From an uncultured Bacteroides sp. (GTDB taxonomy: Bacteria > Bacteroidota > Bacteroidia > Bacteroidales > SM23-62), in contig CAZEKO010000007.1 in the NCBI GenBank assembly GCA_964512775.1, forward strand, positions 1-32,074: DNA of 32,074 bases. Direction: 5' to 3'. Of the stretch, positions 1 through 7,831 are shown one piece after another. The notes beneath the pieces were generated by a model that was not told the DNA's origin, searched no databases, and saw nothing but the letters and a program-made list of their open reading frames with translations. Position 1 is the first letter of the stretch; the number at the start of each line of letters is the position of its first letter. Made by a program: the position numbers and the translations under genes.

Positions 1-36
1 GTTAAGGGCGTGCAAGTTCGAGTCTTGTCCTGGGCA
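1..36 (+). tRNA. 3' portion of a tRNA cut by the window edge; long-variable-arm type, possibly tRNA-Leu
   Basis: T-arm gcaag/TTCGAGT/cttgt (12-28, one G-U pair), 7-nt 3' acceptor strand cctgggc (29-35), discriminator A36, no encoded CCA. Bases 1-11 fit the end of a long variable arm. The 3' end lines up by eye with the E. coli tRNA-Leu 3' end. The anticodon lies outside the window, so the identity is tentative. Confidence 0.5.
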
Positions 37-54
37 CGTTTAAAACCGGAAAAC

Positions 55-90
55 CCCGCAAAGATTAATCTTTGCGGGATTTTGTTTTTT
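55..90 (+). terminator. Rho-independent terminator downstream of the tRNA
   Basis: Perfect 10-bp stem cccgcaaaga (55-64) / tctttgcggg (69-78) with 4-nt loop ttaa, followed by the T-rich tract attttgtttttt (79-90). Confidence 0.8.
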
Positions 91-279
91 CAGGTGCGTT
101 CTAAAGTGCGTTCAAAACAGAGAATGTATAAACGAACTAATAGTACAAAGACTTTAAACAAATAGTATGTAAATATTATGACATCATGGTTCACTGGTGA
201 TACATTTAATGAATAAGAATCCCCTGGAAGAATTTCAACAGTAATAAGTACCTGAAGATCATTTGAATCAAAGAAAAAC

Positions 280-714
280 CTATTGGTTTCTGTTTGGTGC
301 TTCCAGAAGAATTCTCATCTCACCTTCAGCAATAACGGAGTTGTTTTGAAGTACCTTTCCGGTAATAATAGTATAGCCTAACAATTCATTTTCGAATATT
401 ATCTCAGATTGTACTTCAGTATTTATTGCTGGTAATGAATAAATAACAAGGTTTTTAATTACTCCGATAAAGCCAAGTTTTACTTCTTGTTGTGCAGACA
501 ATTGAAGATAACCTTTATAAGCAGCAGCGGTCTGAGCAATAAATTCTATCAAACCTGCTTCCTGCAGGTACCCGTTATCACTAAACACATTTGATTCTTG
601 TATGAATAATCTTCCTTTAGCTGATTTCTCATCTGCATGAATAAGCTGATCAATCATGACCACTGGGGGACGTTGTGGTATTAAATCAAGGATTGGATAA
701 TCGGAAGGTTTCAT
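280..714 (-). CDS. Hot-dog fold (FabZ/FabA-like) dehydratase subunit, ApeI-like; retains the central-helix Glu motif but lacks the HFPxxPxxPG His motif
   Basis: 144 aa, ATG start. Has LIPQRPPVVMID (compare FabZ LLPHRFPFLLVD) and GLIEFIAQTAA (compare FabZ LILEAMAQA). Last gene of the TAL-KR-KS-ACP operon. Confidence 0.75.
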   Translation of the reverse strand: MKPSDYPILDLIPQRPPVVMIDQLIHADEKSAKGRLFIQESNVFSDNGYLQEAGLIEFIAQTAAAYKGYLQLSAQQEVKLGFIGVIKNLVIYSLPAINTEVQSEIIFENELLGYTIITGKVLQNNSVIAEGEMRILLEAPNRNQ

Positions 715-782
715 GTCATGATCGCATAATTCAATTTATTATTTCCCCATAATTATCAGATCTGGAGAATAATCGAAAATAG

Positions 783-2141
783 TCATTTTAACAGATATTC
801 CCACAGAGGTCCTTTCTTATTTCTTTTCCTCAGGCGGATCATGATTTCCGATAGATCTTCATCTGAGAATATCCATTGTTTTCCCGATTTTTTGGCTTTC
901 TCCTTAATTGATCCTAAATCGATGTTCTTTGATACATAATAGACAGGATTTAGGAGAGGATTATCTTTATCTATAACTTTTTCTTGAACGGCAATTTTAT
1001 GTAGTCTTGTTCTGGGATATATTCGCATACCAATATAAGGAAAGAAAACAGACCTGGTAATCCGTTTTGAGTTTTCAAATGTTTCGCTGAGGGTTTTTTC
1101 TGTTTCCCCAAATCCACCAAGAATCAGAAAATGAGCAAAATCGATTTTCAACTGATTGCAAACCGATGAAATATTTAAAATATCCTTAACAGTAAAAGGT
1201 TTTCCATATTTCTTCAGGATGGTGTCCGATAGCGATTCGGTGCCAAATTCTATATGACGAAGACCTGCCTGCTGGAATTTCTTCAGGAGTTTTATGTCGA
1301 GGTTTGCGAAATTAAAATATCCACCCCACCGGATCTTAAGATTAGCTGAAATAAGCTTTTCAGCCAGATCAAAATTGAATTCATTATTGATATTGAAAAC
1401 AGAATCTGTAAAGAAAACATAATCAATTTTTTTTGTGAAGTACAGATCTGACAAGGTCTTTACGATCTGATCCGGGTTGAGAGTGCGTACTTCGTGCCCT
1501 TCAATCAGTGGATATGTGCAATAGATGCAATTATATGGACACCCACGCTTAGTTTGGATACTGAGCATTCCACTGTTCTGCCAGTAATAATTCGTGAGGG
1601 TATCCTCAAAGTTTAGAACAGGGGTTTGAATGTAACTATTTCTTTTATTTACGACAACATGGCCCAGGTGCCTGTAAAGCAAGCCATCTATATTTTTATA
1701 ATCTTCTCTGTTTTCAAGTGCCATTATCAGTTTATGAAGACTTATTTCCCCTTCGCCATAAATACCAAAATCAGCTCCAAGGGTCTCGAACAGGAGTTCC
1801 GGATAGATTGAAAAACCTGAACCTCCGATGATAATAACCGATCCCGTAAATTCCCTTGTATCGTCTATAATTTGTTTATAGTGACTGGTGAAATTTTCTT
1901 GCTTATATATATTCACATCGTCGATATTACGAAGTGATATGCCTACATAATCAGGTTTTATATCTTTCAGAAAACGGATATATTCTTCATTGGTACCTAT
2001 CATTAAATCGAAGATATATATTTCAAGTTCAGGCATTTGTCTGGACAGATATGATTTCAGATAGGAAATCCCCAGAGGATACACAGGATTAGGTTCTGTA
2101 CACCTGTTGGCTGAAACCAATATCAGTTTTTTACTACTCAT
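783..2141 (-). CDS. B12-binding-domain radical SAM enzyme (class B rSAM, lipid/polyene-cluster type)
   Basis: 452 aa. CxxxCxxC cluster motif in KRGCPYNCIYCTYP. N-terminal Rossmann-like region typical of cobalamin-binding rSAMs (LILVSAN...IIIGGSG). The ATG start overlaps the stop of the upstream acyltransferase gene by 8 nt. Confidence 0.85.
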   Translation of the reverse strand: MSSKKLILVSANRCTEPNPVYPLGISYLKSYLSRQMPELEIYIFDLMIGTNEEYIRFLKDIKPDYVGISLRNIDDVNIYKQENFTSHYKQIIDDTREFTGSVIIIGGSGFSIYPELLFETLGADFGIYGEGEISLHKLIMALENREDYKNIDGLLYRHLGHVVVNKRNSYIQTPVLNFEDTLTNYYWQNSGMLSIQTKRGCPYNCIYCTYPLIEGHEVRTLNPDQIVKTLSDLYFTKKIDYVFFTDSVFNINNEFNFDLAEKLISANLKIRWGGYFNFANLDIKLLKKFQQAGLRHIEFGTESLSDTILKKYGKPFTVKDILNISSVCNQLKIDFAHFLILGGFGETEKTLSETFENSKRITRSVFFPYIGMRIYPRTRLHKIAVQEKVIDKDNPLLNPVYYVSKNIDLGSIKEKAKKSGKQWIFSDEDLSEIMIRLRKRNKKGPLWEYLLK

Positions 2142-3030
2142 CTGTCTCCCAGAATTTATAATAATTGAACCATTGGGTAGGGTAATTCCGGATTGTCTTT
2201 TCTAAATGACAAATATAAGATTTAATAATAGTCAGAATAGTTCGGTCTCTCTCAGACTGAATACCCTGTTGCTGGTAATAATCAGGAGGCGAAGCAAGGA
2301 AGTGATAACTGTTTTTTCTGTCTTTCATGGCAAATACAAATGATACCGGCACATTAAACTTCATAGCCATATAAAAGGGACCCGAAGGGAATTTTGCTTT
2401 TCCACCAAGAAATTCATAGGTCATTGTTTTGCTGCCCACGACAAACCTGTCACCATGTATACAGACGATCTGTTTGTCATGGAAAGCTTTATTGATCTCG
2501 TAGATATGCGAGTTGTCTTCTTTTAACACGATAATGTTGAAATTTCTGTTCGCAATGGAGGAAAGGTAGCTTTTTACTTTTTCATGTTCAGCATCGAACA
2601 TGATTATATTTATCGGGGTTTTAAGACGCTCCAGCATATATCCGGCCATTTCAAAGTTACCAACATGTGCGCTTATCAATAATCCTCCGGTTTTTTGTTC
2701 CACCATTTTCATCAGATATTCTTCACCTTCGAAAGTGAAATTAAATTTTGCATAGAATCCGGCCATTACAGCAATTTTATCCAGGAGCACCTGTCCTAAG
2801 GAATAATAATTACGATAAACAAAAATTACAGAGCGGAAAAAACCAAAATCAAGTCGTTTACGGTAGAATTGAAAGGTAGTGATAAAGGATTTCGGGTTGA
2901 AGAGGAAGAAATAAAAAGCAACAAATCGTAAAATAAAATATGCAGCATGAAGGCCTGAATGTTTCAGTATCCAGACAAAAATCTTATACCCAATTAAACC
3001 ACCGCGTGTTTTGCCTTTCCATGATGCCAC
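2134..3030 (-). CDS. Lysophospholipid/lipid A-type (LpxL/HtrB family) acyltransferase, ApeD-like
   Basis: 298 aa. N-terminal membrane-anchor helices, overall LpxL-family layout, GTG start at 3030 (6 nt after the ACP stop). Position next to an ACP and a KS matches APE clusters. Confidence 0.7.
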   Translation of the reverse strand: MASWKGKTRGGLIGYKIFVWILKHSGLHAAYFILRFVAFYFFLFNPKSFITTFQFYRKRLDFGFFRSVIFVYRNYYSLGQVLLDKIAVMAGFYAKFNFTFEGEEYLMKMVEQKTGGLLISAHVGNFEMAGYMLERLKTPINIIMFDAEHEKVKSYLSSIANRNFNIIVLKEDNSHIYEINKAFHDKQIVCIHGDRFVVGSKTMTYEFLGGKAKFPSGPFYMAMKFNVPVSFVFAMKDRKNSYHFLASPPDYYQQQGIQSERDRTILTIIKSYICHLEKTIRNYPTQWFNYYKFWETDE

Positions 3031-3036
3031 ATTAAA

Positions 3037-3285
3037 CTATTTCTTTTGAATGTAATTATAGATGTAATCATATAAATTATCCAGAGTTCTTATAGAGGAC
3101 ACATCCTTGGTTTTCAGGTCTAATCCGAATTCTTTCTTAATGATTACCGCTATGTCAACAAAATCAAGGCTTTCGAGACCAAGGTCATCTTTTAGAAAAG
3201 CATTAGGAGAAATCGCTTTCTCTTCAATCTCAAATTCCTCCATTAAGAATCTATTAATCGTTTTAATAATAGCTTCCTTGTCCAT
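3037..3285 (-). CDS. Acyl carrier protein (cluster ACP 1)
   Basis: 82 aa, acidic. Phosphopantetheine attachment motif DDLGLESLDFVDI. Confidence 0.9.
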   Translation of the reverse strand: MDKEAIIKTINRFLMEEFEIEEKAISPNAFLKDDLGLESLDFVDIAVIIKKEFGLDLKTKDVSSIRTLDNLYDYIYNYIQKK

Positions 3286-3307
3286 GAGAATATAAATAAG
3301 TACTAAG

Positions 3308-4528
3308 TTAATGAAATTTTCTAATTATCAAACAAGAGTTAGTGCCACCAAAGCCGAATGAATTTGAAAGGAAAATATCAATCTCTTTTGGAATTGTTTT
3401 CGTAACAATATTCAGTTTGGCAGTGAATTCATCAGGTTCTTCAAAGTTAATATTAGGTGCAACAAATGAATTTTGCATCATAATTATGGAATATACGATC
3501 TCACTTGCACCAGCCATCCACATTTCATGGCCTGTCATTGATTTGGTAGATGAAATGGATGGACAGTGACGGCCAAAGATATAATCAATTGCCATTGCCT
3601 CAATCTGATCGCCGATAGGTGTTGAGGTTGCATGGGCGTTAATATAATCTATTTTATCAGGAGTAAGTGCTGCATCTTTCAATGCCATTGAAATTGCCCT
3701 GATCTGCCCGTCAACATCAGGAACCGAAATGTGAGCTCCGTCGGAAGAAAAACCATAGCCGACAATTTCGGCGAGTATAGGTGCTCCTCTCCGGATCGCA
3801 TGCTCCATTTCTTCGAGTATCACGGTTGCTGCACCTCCACTTGGAACCAAACCATCTCTTTTTTTATCAAAAGGTTTTGAAGCCTTTTCTGGTGCTGATT
3901 CAAGTTTTGAAAAAGCTCCCAATGCATCGAAGCTGCCAACACTGAAGAAATTTACTTCCTGTGATCCTCCGCAAATTATTGTCTTCTGATACCCGTGCCT
4001 GATCATAAAAAAACCCATTCCTATGGCGTGGGCTCCGCTGGCGCATGCTCCGCTGAGGGTGAAATTAATGCCTTTGAGGTGGAAGATCACCGACAGATTC
4101 ATAGTAACTGATGAGTTCATGGACTGGAAAACAGATCCTGAACTTACCATACCTGTATCTCTAGTATTACGGATAATATCAACAGCTTCAATAACCGCTG
4201 GTGTGGAACTGTCATTTCCAAAGATAATGCCTACTTCATTCTGTTCAATGTATCCCGAAGTGATGGCAGCTGTTTTCATAGCTTCTATGGTGGACATGTA
4301 TGCAAATTCTGCATGCTGGGGCATAGATATGCGTGCCCGTCGTTCAAGAATACCCTTGAGCTGAGGAGAGTCAACTTTGCCAGTTAATCCGGATTGGTAT
4401 CCATAGTTTTTCCTTTCAGGATCCAGTACTATTCCTGATTTACCCTGAAAAAGAGAATTTTTTACTTCTTCAAGGTTTTTTCCGATTGAGGAATAAATTC
4501 CAATTCCAGTAATTACTACCCTGTTCAT
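3308..4528 (-). CDS. Beta-ketoacyl-ACP synthase (FabF/FabB-type elongating KS)
   Basis: 406 aa. Cys-His-His triad motifs SGACASGAHAIG, NAHATSTPIGD and KSMTGHEMWMAG; C-terminal NSFGFGGTN. Confidence 0.9.
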   Translation of the reverse strand: MNRVVITGIGIYSSIGKNLEEVKNSLFQGKSGIVLDPERKNYGYQSGLTGKVDSPQLKGILERRARISMPQHAEFAYMSTIEAMKTAAITSGYIEQNEVGIIFGNDSSTPAVIEAVDIIRNTRDTGMVSSGSVFQSMNSSVTMNLSVIFHLKGINFTLSGACASGAHAIGMGFFMIRHGYQKTIICGGSQEVNFFSVGSFDALGAFSKLESAPEKASKPFDKKRDGLVPSGGAATVILEEMEHAIRRGAPILAEIVGYGFSSDGAHISVPDVDGQIRAISMALKDAALTPDKIDYINAHATSTPIGDQIEAMAIDYIFGRHCPSISSTKSMTGHEMWMAGASEIVYSIIMMQNSFVAPNINFEEPDEFTAKLNIVTKTIPKEIDIFLSNSFGFGGTNSCLIIRKFH

Positions 4529-4552
4529 AACGAAACAAAATAAACAATAATA

Positions 4553-5281
4553 TTATGTATACAATCCACCATTGATAGAAATTACTTCACCTGTTATATA
4601 GGATGATTTTTCGGATGCCAGGAAACAAACAACTTCAGCTACTTCCTCAGGTAATCCAAACCGGTTAAGCGGGATCATACTTTTTAATTCATTCTCATTT
4701 AAATCCTTTGTCATGTCTGTTCTGATAAAGCCGGGAGCAACAGCATTTACTGTGACATTCTTCTTGCCGATCTCCTGGGCCAATGCTTTGGTTGCCCCTA
4801 TAACAGCAGCTTTTGCAGCTGAATAATTCACCTGGCCTGGAAGACCTTTTAATCCCGATAATGATACTATATTGATTATACGTCCGTATTTTTTAATAAG
4901 CATGTTTTTAAGAAGGGCCCTTGTTACATAAAAAAATCCGTCAAGATTTGTATTTAACACATCCCGCCAGTCATTATTCTCCATCCACATCATCAGAATG
5001 TCTTTCCTTATTCCTGCATTATTTATGAGAACCTCCACATAATCGTCCTTGTGTTCCTCATTCCACTTGTTTATTACAGTATCCACCTGCTGAGAATCAG
5101 AAACATCAAATCTCAGTAGCTCTCCACTACCTCCGGCTTGTTCTATCAATGCCAGGGTTTGCCTGGCTTCTGCTTCATTTGATTTATAATTAACAAGAAC
5201 ATGATAACCCAGCGAAACAAGCTTGACGGAAATAGCTCTTCCGATGCCTCTGGAACCTCCGGTAACTAATGCATATTTCAT
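4553..5281 (-). CDS. 3-oxoacyl-ACP reductase (FabG-like SDR)
   Basis: TGGSRGIG cofactor motif, NNAG, and YSAAKAA active-site motif. The ORF track extends to a TTG at 5299, but the in-frame ATG at 5281 gives the typical MKYALVTGG N-terminus. Confidence 0.9.
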   Translation of the reverse strand: MKYALVTGGSRGIGRAISVKLVSLGYHVLVNYKSNEAEARQTLALIEQAGGSGELLRFDVSDSQQVDTVINKWNEEHKDDYVEVLINNAGIRKDILMMWMENNDWRDVLNTNLDGFFYVTRALLKNMLIKKYGRIINIVSLSGLKGLPGQVNYSAAKAAVIGATKALAQEIGKKNVTVNAVAPGFIRTDMTKDLNENELKSMIPLNRFGLPEEVAEVVCFLASEKSSYITGEVISINGGLYT

Positions 5282-5307
5282 TACAAATCTGGCTATCAAT
5301 CAATAAA

Positions 5308-6858
5308 TCAATCCAAAACGATGATAAATTTGGTACAAAGGTAATCTATAATTGCTTTAATTTCTATATGTTTTATTGTATCCTCCTCGAACCTCGGTAC
5401 AATATTCCTGATTTCCATAAATATTTTCTTTGTTGGTGATGATAGCTTGTTAACTATCTTCAGATAGTCAACTGCCTGAACTAAGCTTAACATTTCGATT
5501 GCAAGCACCTGGTATGTATTATCAATTACCCGTTTTGCCAGCAAGGATGAATTAGCTCCCATGCTTACTATATCCTGATTGTCGTTATTATTTGGAATAC
5601 TGTGAAGGTAATTGGGATATGAAAGAGACTGATTTTCGGCAACAGTGGATGTGGCTGTGAACTGCGCTCCCTGCATGCCAAAGTTCACTCCTAGTTTACC
5701 CAGGTTGACAAACGGTGGCAATAGACTGTTTAGCTTTTCATTCATAAGGTAATTGATCTGGCGGTCAAGAAGTAATGATAATTTTGTCACACCAATTTTT
5801 ACTTTATCCATCTCAAAAGATACATAGTCGCCATGGAAGTTACCCCCGTGAAAAATGTTATGATGCTCATCATCAATAACTGGATTATCGCAAGATGAAT
5901 TAGCTTCGTTTAAAAGTATTTTTTCCGACTGGTTAAGGGTATCAAGAATGGGACCAAGTATCTGCGGAACACAGCGTATGGAATAATACTCCTGAACCCT
6001 ATCATCAATTATAAATTTATTGTTATTGTTATGGTTATGATTAAATAAATGATCCTCCCGCTTGCGTATCAGTTTACTATCAGACAGTATTTTCCGGATT
6101 GACTCAGCGACTGCATTCTGTCCGGGATGTAACTTAACCTGATTAAGTTCTTTTGAGAAACTGTCGTCAAAGGAGCGGACAATTTGATTGATCATAGCGC
6201 TGGCTATAAGTGACCACGACAGGAGGTTTTTTGCATTGATAATATTAACTATTCCAGTACCTGTCATGAAATAAGTCCCGTTGATCAGCGATAGTCCTTC
6301 ACGAATATGAACTGATATGGGTTTAAGCTTGTTTTTAGCAAGTGCCCGGGCAGCCGGCATGATCTTACTGTTATAACAAACATTGCCCTCTCCTATTAAA
6401 GCGAGTGCGATGTGGGCAAGTTGTACCAGGTCTCCGCTGGCTCCAACACCTCCATGTTCAGGTACTATTGGCGTTATATCCCGGTTAATAAACTCTTTTA
6501 TTAATTCAACTACCTCAGGATGTATACCGGAATGTCCATGTAAGAAATTATTTAACAGAACGATCAAGGTAGAACGGACATAAAGCGGATCAACGGATTC
6601 TCCGCATCCTGAAGCATGACTTCTGATAGCATTGTACTGAAGTTTGATACGATCAGAATCCTCAATCCTGTATTGAGCCATTGGACCTAGTCCTGTGTTA
6701 ATACCATAGATTATTTTGTCCTTGTGAAACGATTGAAGAAAATTGAAGTTCTTTAATATTTTAGCTTTTGCCTGCTTAGATATTTCTATTTTCTCGTCTC
6801 CAAATAAAACTAGCTGAAAATCTTTCGTGGTTATAAAGCGTTCACCTACCTTAAGCAT
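5308..6858 (-). CDS. Aromatic amino acid ammonia-lyase (MIO enzyme), most likely tyrosine ammonia-lyase of the flexirubin/FjTAL type
   Basis: 516 aa. Ala-Ser-Gly MIO precursor in GGVGASGDLVQLAH; NTGLGPMAQ, QYNAIRSHASG, NDNQDIVSMG. From memory it is very similar to F. johnsoniae TAL. First gene of an operon with KR/KS/ACP and no hut genes. Confidence 0.8.
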   Translation of the reverse strand: MLKVGERFITTKDFQLVLFGDEKIEISKQAKAKILKNFNFLQSFHKDKIIYGINTGLGPMAQYRIEDSDRIKLQYNAIRSHASGCGESVDPLYVRSTLIVLLNNFLHGHSGIHPEVVELIKEFINRDITPIVPEHGGVGASGDLVQLAHIALALIGEGNVCYNSKIMPAARALAKNKLKPISVHIREGLSLINGTYFMTGTGIVNIINAKNLLSWSLIASAMINQIVRSFDDSFSKELNQVKLHPGQNAVAESIRKILSDSKLIRKREDHLFNHNHNNNNKFIIDDRVQEYYSIRCVPQILGPILDTLNQSEKILLNEANSSCDNPVIDDEHHNIFHGGNFHGDYVSFEMDKVKIGVTKLSLLLDRQINYLMNEKLNSLLPPFVNLGKLGVNFGMQGAQFTATSTVAENQSLSYPNYLHSIPNNNDNQDIVSMGANSSLLAKRVIDNTYQVLAIEMLSLVQAVDYLKIVNKLSSPTKKIFMEIRNIVPRFEEDTIKHIEIKAIIDYLCTKFIIVLD

Positions 6859-6907
6859 CCTATAAACTTATTATGAGAAATAAGATCAGTTCAACAGAAA
6901 GTCTTAA

Positions 6908-6915
6908 TAAATTTG
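6908..6915 (+). promoter_or_regulatory. Candidate Bacteroidota -7 promoter box (TAnnTTTG) in the divergent intergenic region
   Basis: Exact TAAATTTG match. It lies 168 nt upstream of the ATG at 7083, so assigning it to that gene is uncertain. Confidence 0.25.
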
Positions 6916-7082
6916 TGCAAATTAAATAAAAAACAAATTATCAGGACTAATCTTTTCAAAATAAGACCCATTTTTTTTGTTTTATTTTTTTGTAACTTGC
7001 AATACACCAAAATTTGGAATGCTGGAATACTCCGGATTATCTGAATCATAATTAATTTGTATCCTTATTAAAACATACACAT

Positions 7083-7760
7083 ATGAAAAATGATCTGGTC
7101 AATCTCAAATTGTTTCCTTTATTAAGAAGACTTGCTCTATGTTCTCTACTTGTTGTTTGTTTTACCACGGAGCCATTAAAAGCCCAGGACGATAGAATCT
7201 TTGCTTTCAGTCCGGGATTTGGCATTGGCCTCGGTATTTTTTATCCCAAAGATGTGAATTCATATATTGAACAGGATCTGACTGAATATACAACTATAAA
7301 TGCCGGGCTTTATATGTACGAAGAGATAAATGCTTTCCTGGACTTTAAATTTAAGTGGTTTGAGATCATTACACTGGCTGAATATGCAATCGGACCTAAA
7401 ATTGTCATTGGAGGTCCACAGAATTACTTTTTTAACCGTTTTTCTCCCGGTGTATTGGCAAATGTCTTTGTACCCTTGAAATCATCCGAGAGGAACGCCT
7501 TATTTATTGGTGGAGGTGTTCAATATCATAAGATGAGTTTTGAAGGATATAAAGGCACTACATTAGGTTATCGGTTTCAACTAGGTATTGACATTCAGTT
7601 CCCCAGTATCAATTTACAACCCACCCTGGCATTTATCATTGCAAATGCAAAGAATTCACTTTCTTATGAATATTATTATACGAACATCTGGGATATGAAT
7701 TATACAGGTGGTCAGATAGGTATCAAAATCTCGTTTCATAAACCTGTTCCTCATCGTTAG
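7083..7760 (+). CDS. Small outer-membrane beta-barrel-like protein, function unknown
   Basis: 225 aa. Signal peptide (LALCSLLVVCFTTEPLKAQ), then alternating hydrophobic/aromatic strands (FAFSPGFGIGLGIFY, GYRFQLGIDIQF, GGQIGIKISF). Confidence 0.6.
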   Translation: MKNDLVNLKLFPLLRRLALCSLLVVCFTTEPLKAQDDRIFAFSPGFGIGLGIFYPKDVNSYIEQDLTEYTTINAGLYMYEEINAFLDFKFKWFEIITLAEYAIGPKIVIGGPQNYFFNRFSPGVLANVFVPLKSSERNALFIGGGVQYHKMSFEGYKGTTLGYRFQLGIDIQFPSINLQPTLAFIIANAKNSLSYEYYYTNIWDMNYTGGQIGIKISFHKPVPHR

Positions 7761-7831
7761 ATTTAAATAAGGAGATACCTGACCAGTATTTCGTTATATT
7801 TTGCATACTAAACAGAAAGCATCCGGCGGGA

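Noticed and set aside
783-2141. Ladderane-type lipid biosynthesis, an idea historically attached to rSAM-containing lipid clusters
   Set aside because: The TAL, aryl-acid ligase and KR/DH-only chain logic fit an aryl polyene. Nothing in the window specifically supports cyclobutane chemistry.
2134-3030. Lipid A late acyltransferase lpxL as part of LPS biosynthesis
   Set aside because: The family resemblance is real, but the gene overlaps the rSAM gene and follows the cluster ACP and KS. No other lpx or kdt genes are present.
4023-4364. 113-aa plus-strand ORF. The same applies to other track ORFs at 1626-1811, 3107-3295, 3342-3569, 6383-6583, 7723-8010, 8101-8391, 8288-8581, 8659-8850, 9010-9201, 10819-11145, 12703-12984, 13550-13738, 13819-14013, 15584-15847, 17841-18053, 18500-18859, 19103-19291, 19514-19819, 20209-20421, 20408-20593, 22904-23126, 23377-23592, 23465-23761, 23739-23969, 24036-24242, 25655-25975, 25921-26310, 26495-26698, 27305-27556, 27581-27766, 29940-30179 and 31232-31414.
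   Set aside because: All lie antisense to, or out of frame within, long ORFs that have clear family motifs. Their translations are low-complexity or Cys/Ser/Ile-rich with no motifs. They are shadow ORFs.
3037-5281. Housekeeping type II fatty acid synthesis genes (acpP, fabF, fabG, fabZ)
   Set aside because: KS and ACP are duplicated, Cys-less KS partners are present, a TAL, thioesterase and exporter lie in the same operons, and FabD, FabH and FabI are absent. This points to a dedicated secondary lipid/polyene pathway.
4553-5299. Longer TTG-initiated versions of several ORFs in the track: 5299 for the KR, 16588 for the acyltransferase, 29004 for the LolA-like protein, 31855 for the orphan.
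   Set aside because: In each case an in-frame ATG a few codons downstream gives a more typical N-terminus. At 16588 the TTG overlaps a promoter-like box. The shorter forms are preferred, though not proven.
5308-6858. Histidine ammonia-lyase (hutH) of histidine catabolism
   Set aside because: The selectivity-region residues (RSHASG) look HAL-like. However, as I recall, the characterised Flavobacterium TAL has the same pattern. No hutU, hutI or hutG genes are nearby, and the gene heads a KR/KS/ACP operon. The TAL call is preferred but remains unproven without an assay.
6873-6929. 18-aa ORF (MRNKISSTESLNKFVQIK) in the divergent intergenic region, and similar 11-13-aa ORFs at about 125-166 and 16690-16725
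   Set aside because: They are too short, lack supporting signals, and occur in AT-rich DNA where such ORFs arise by chance.
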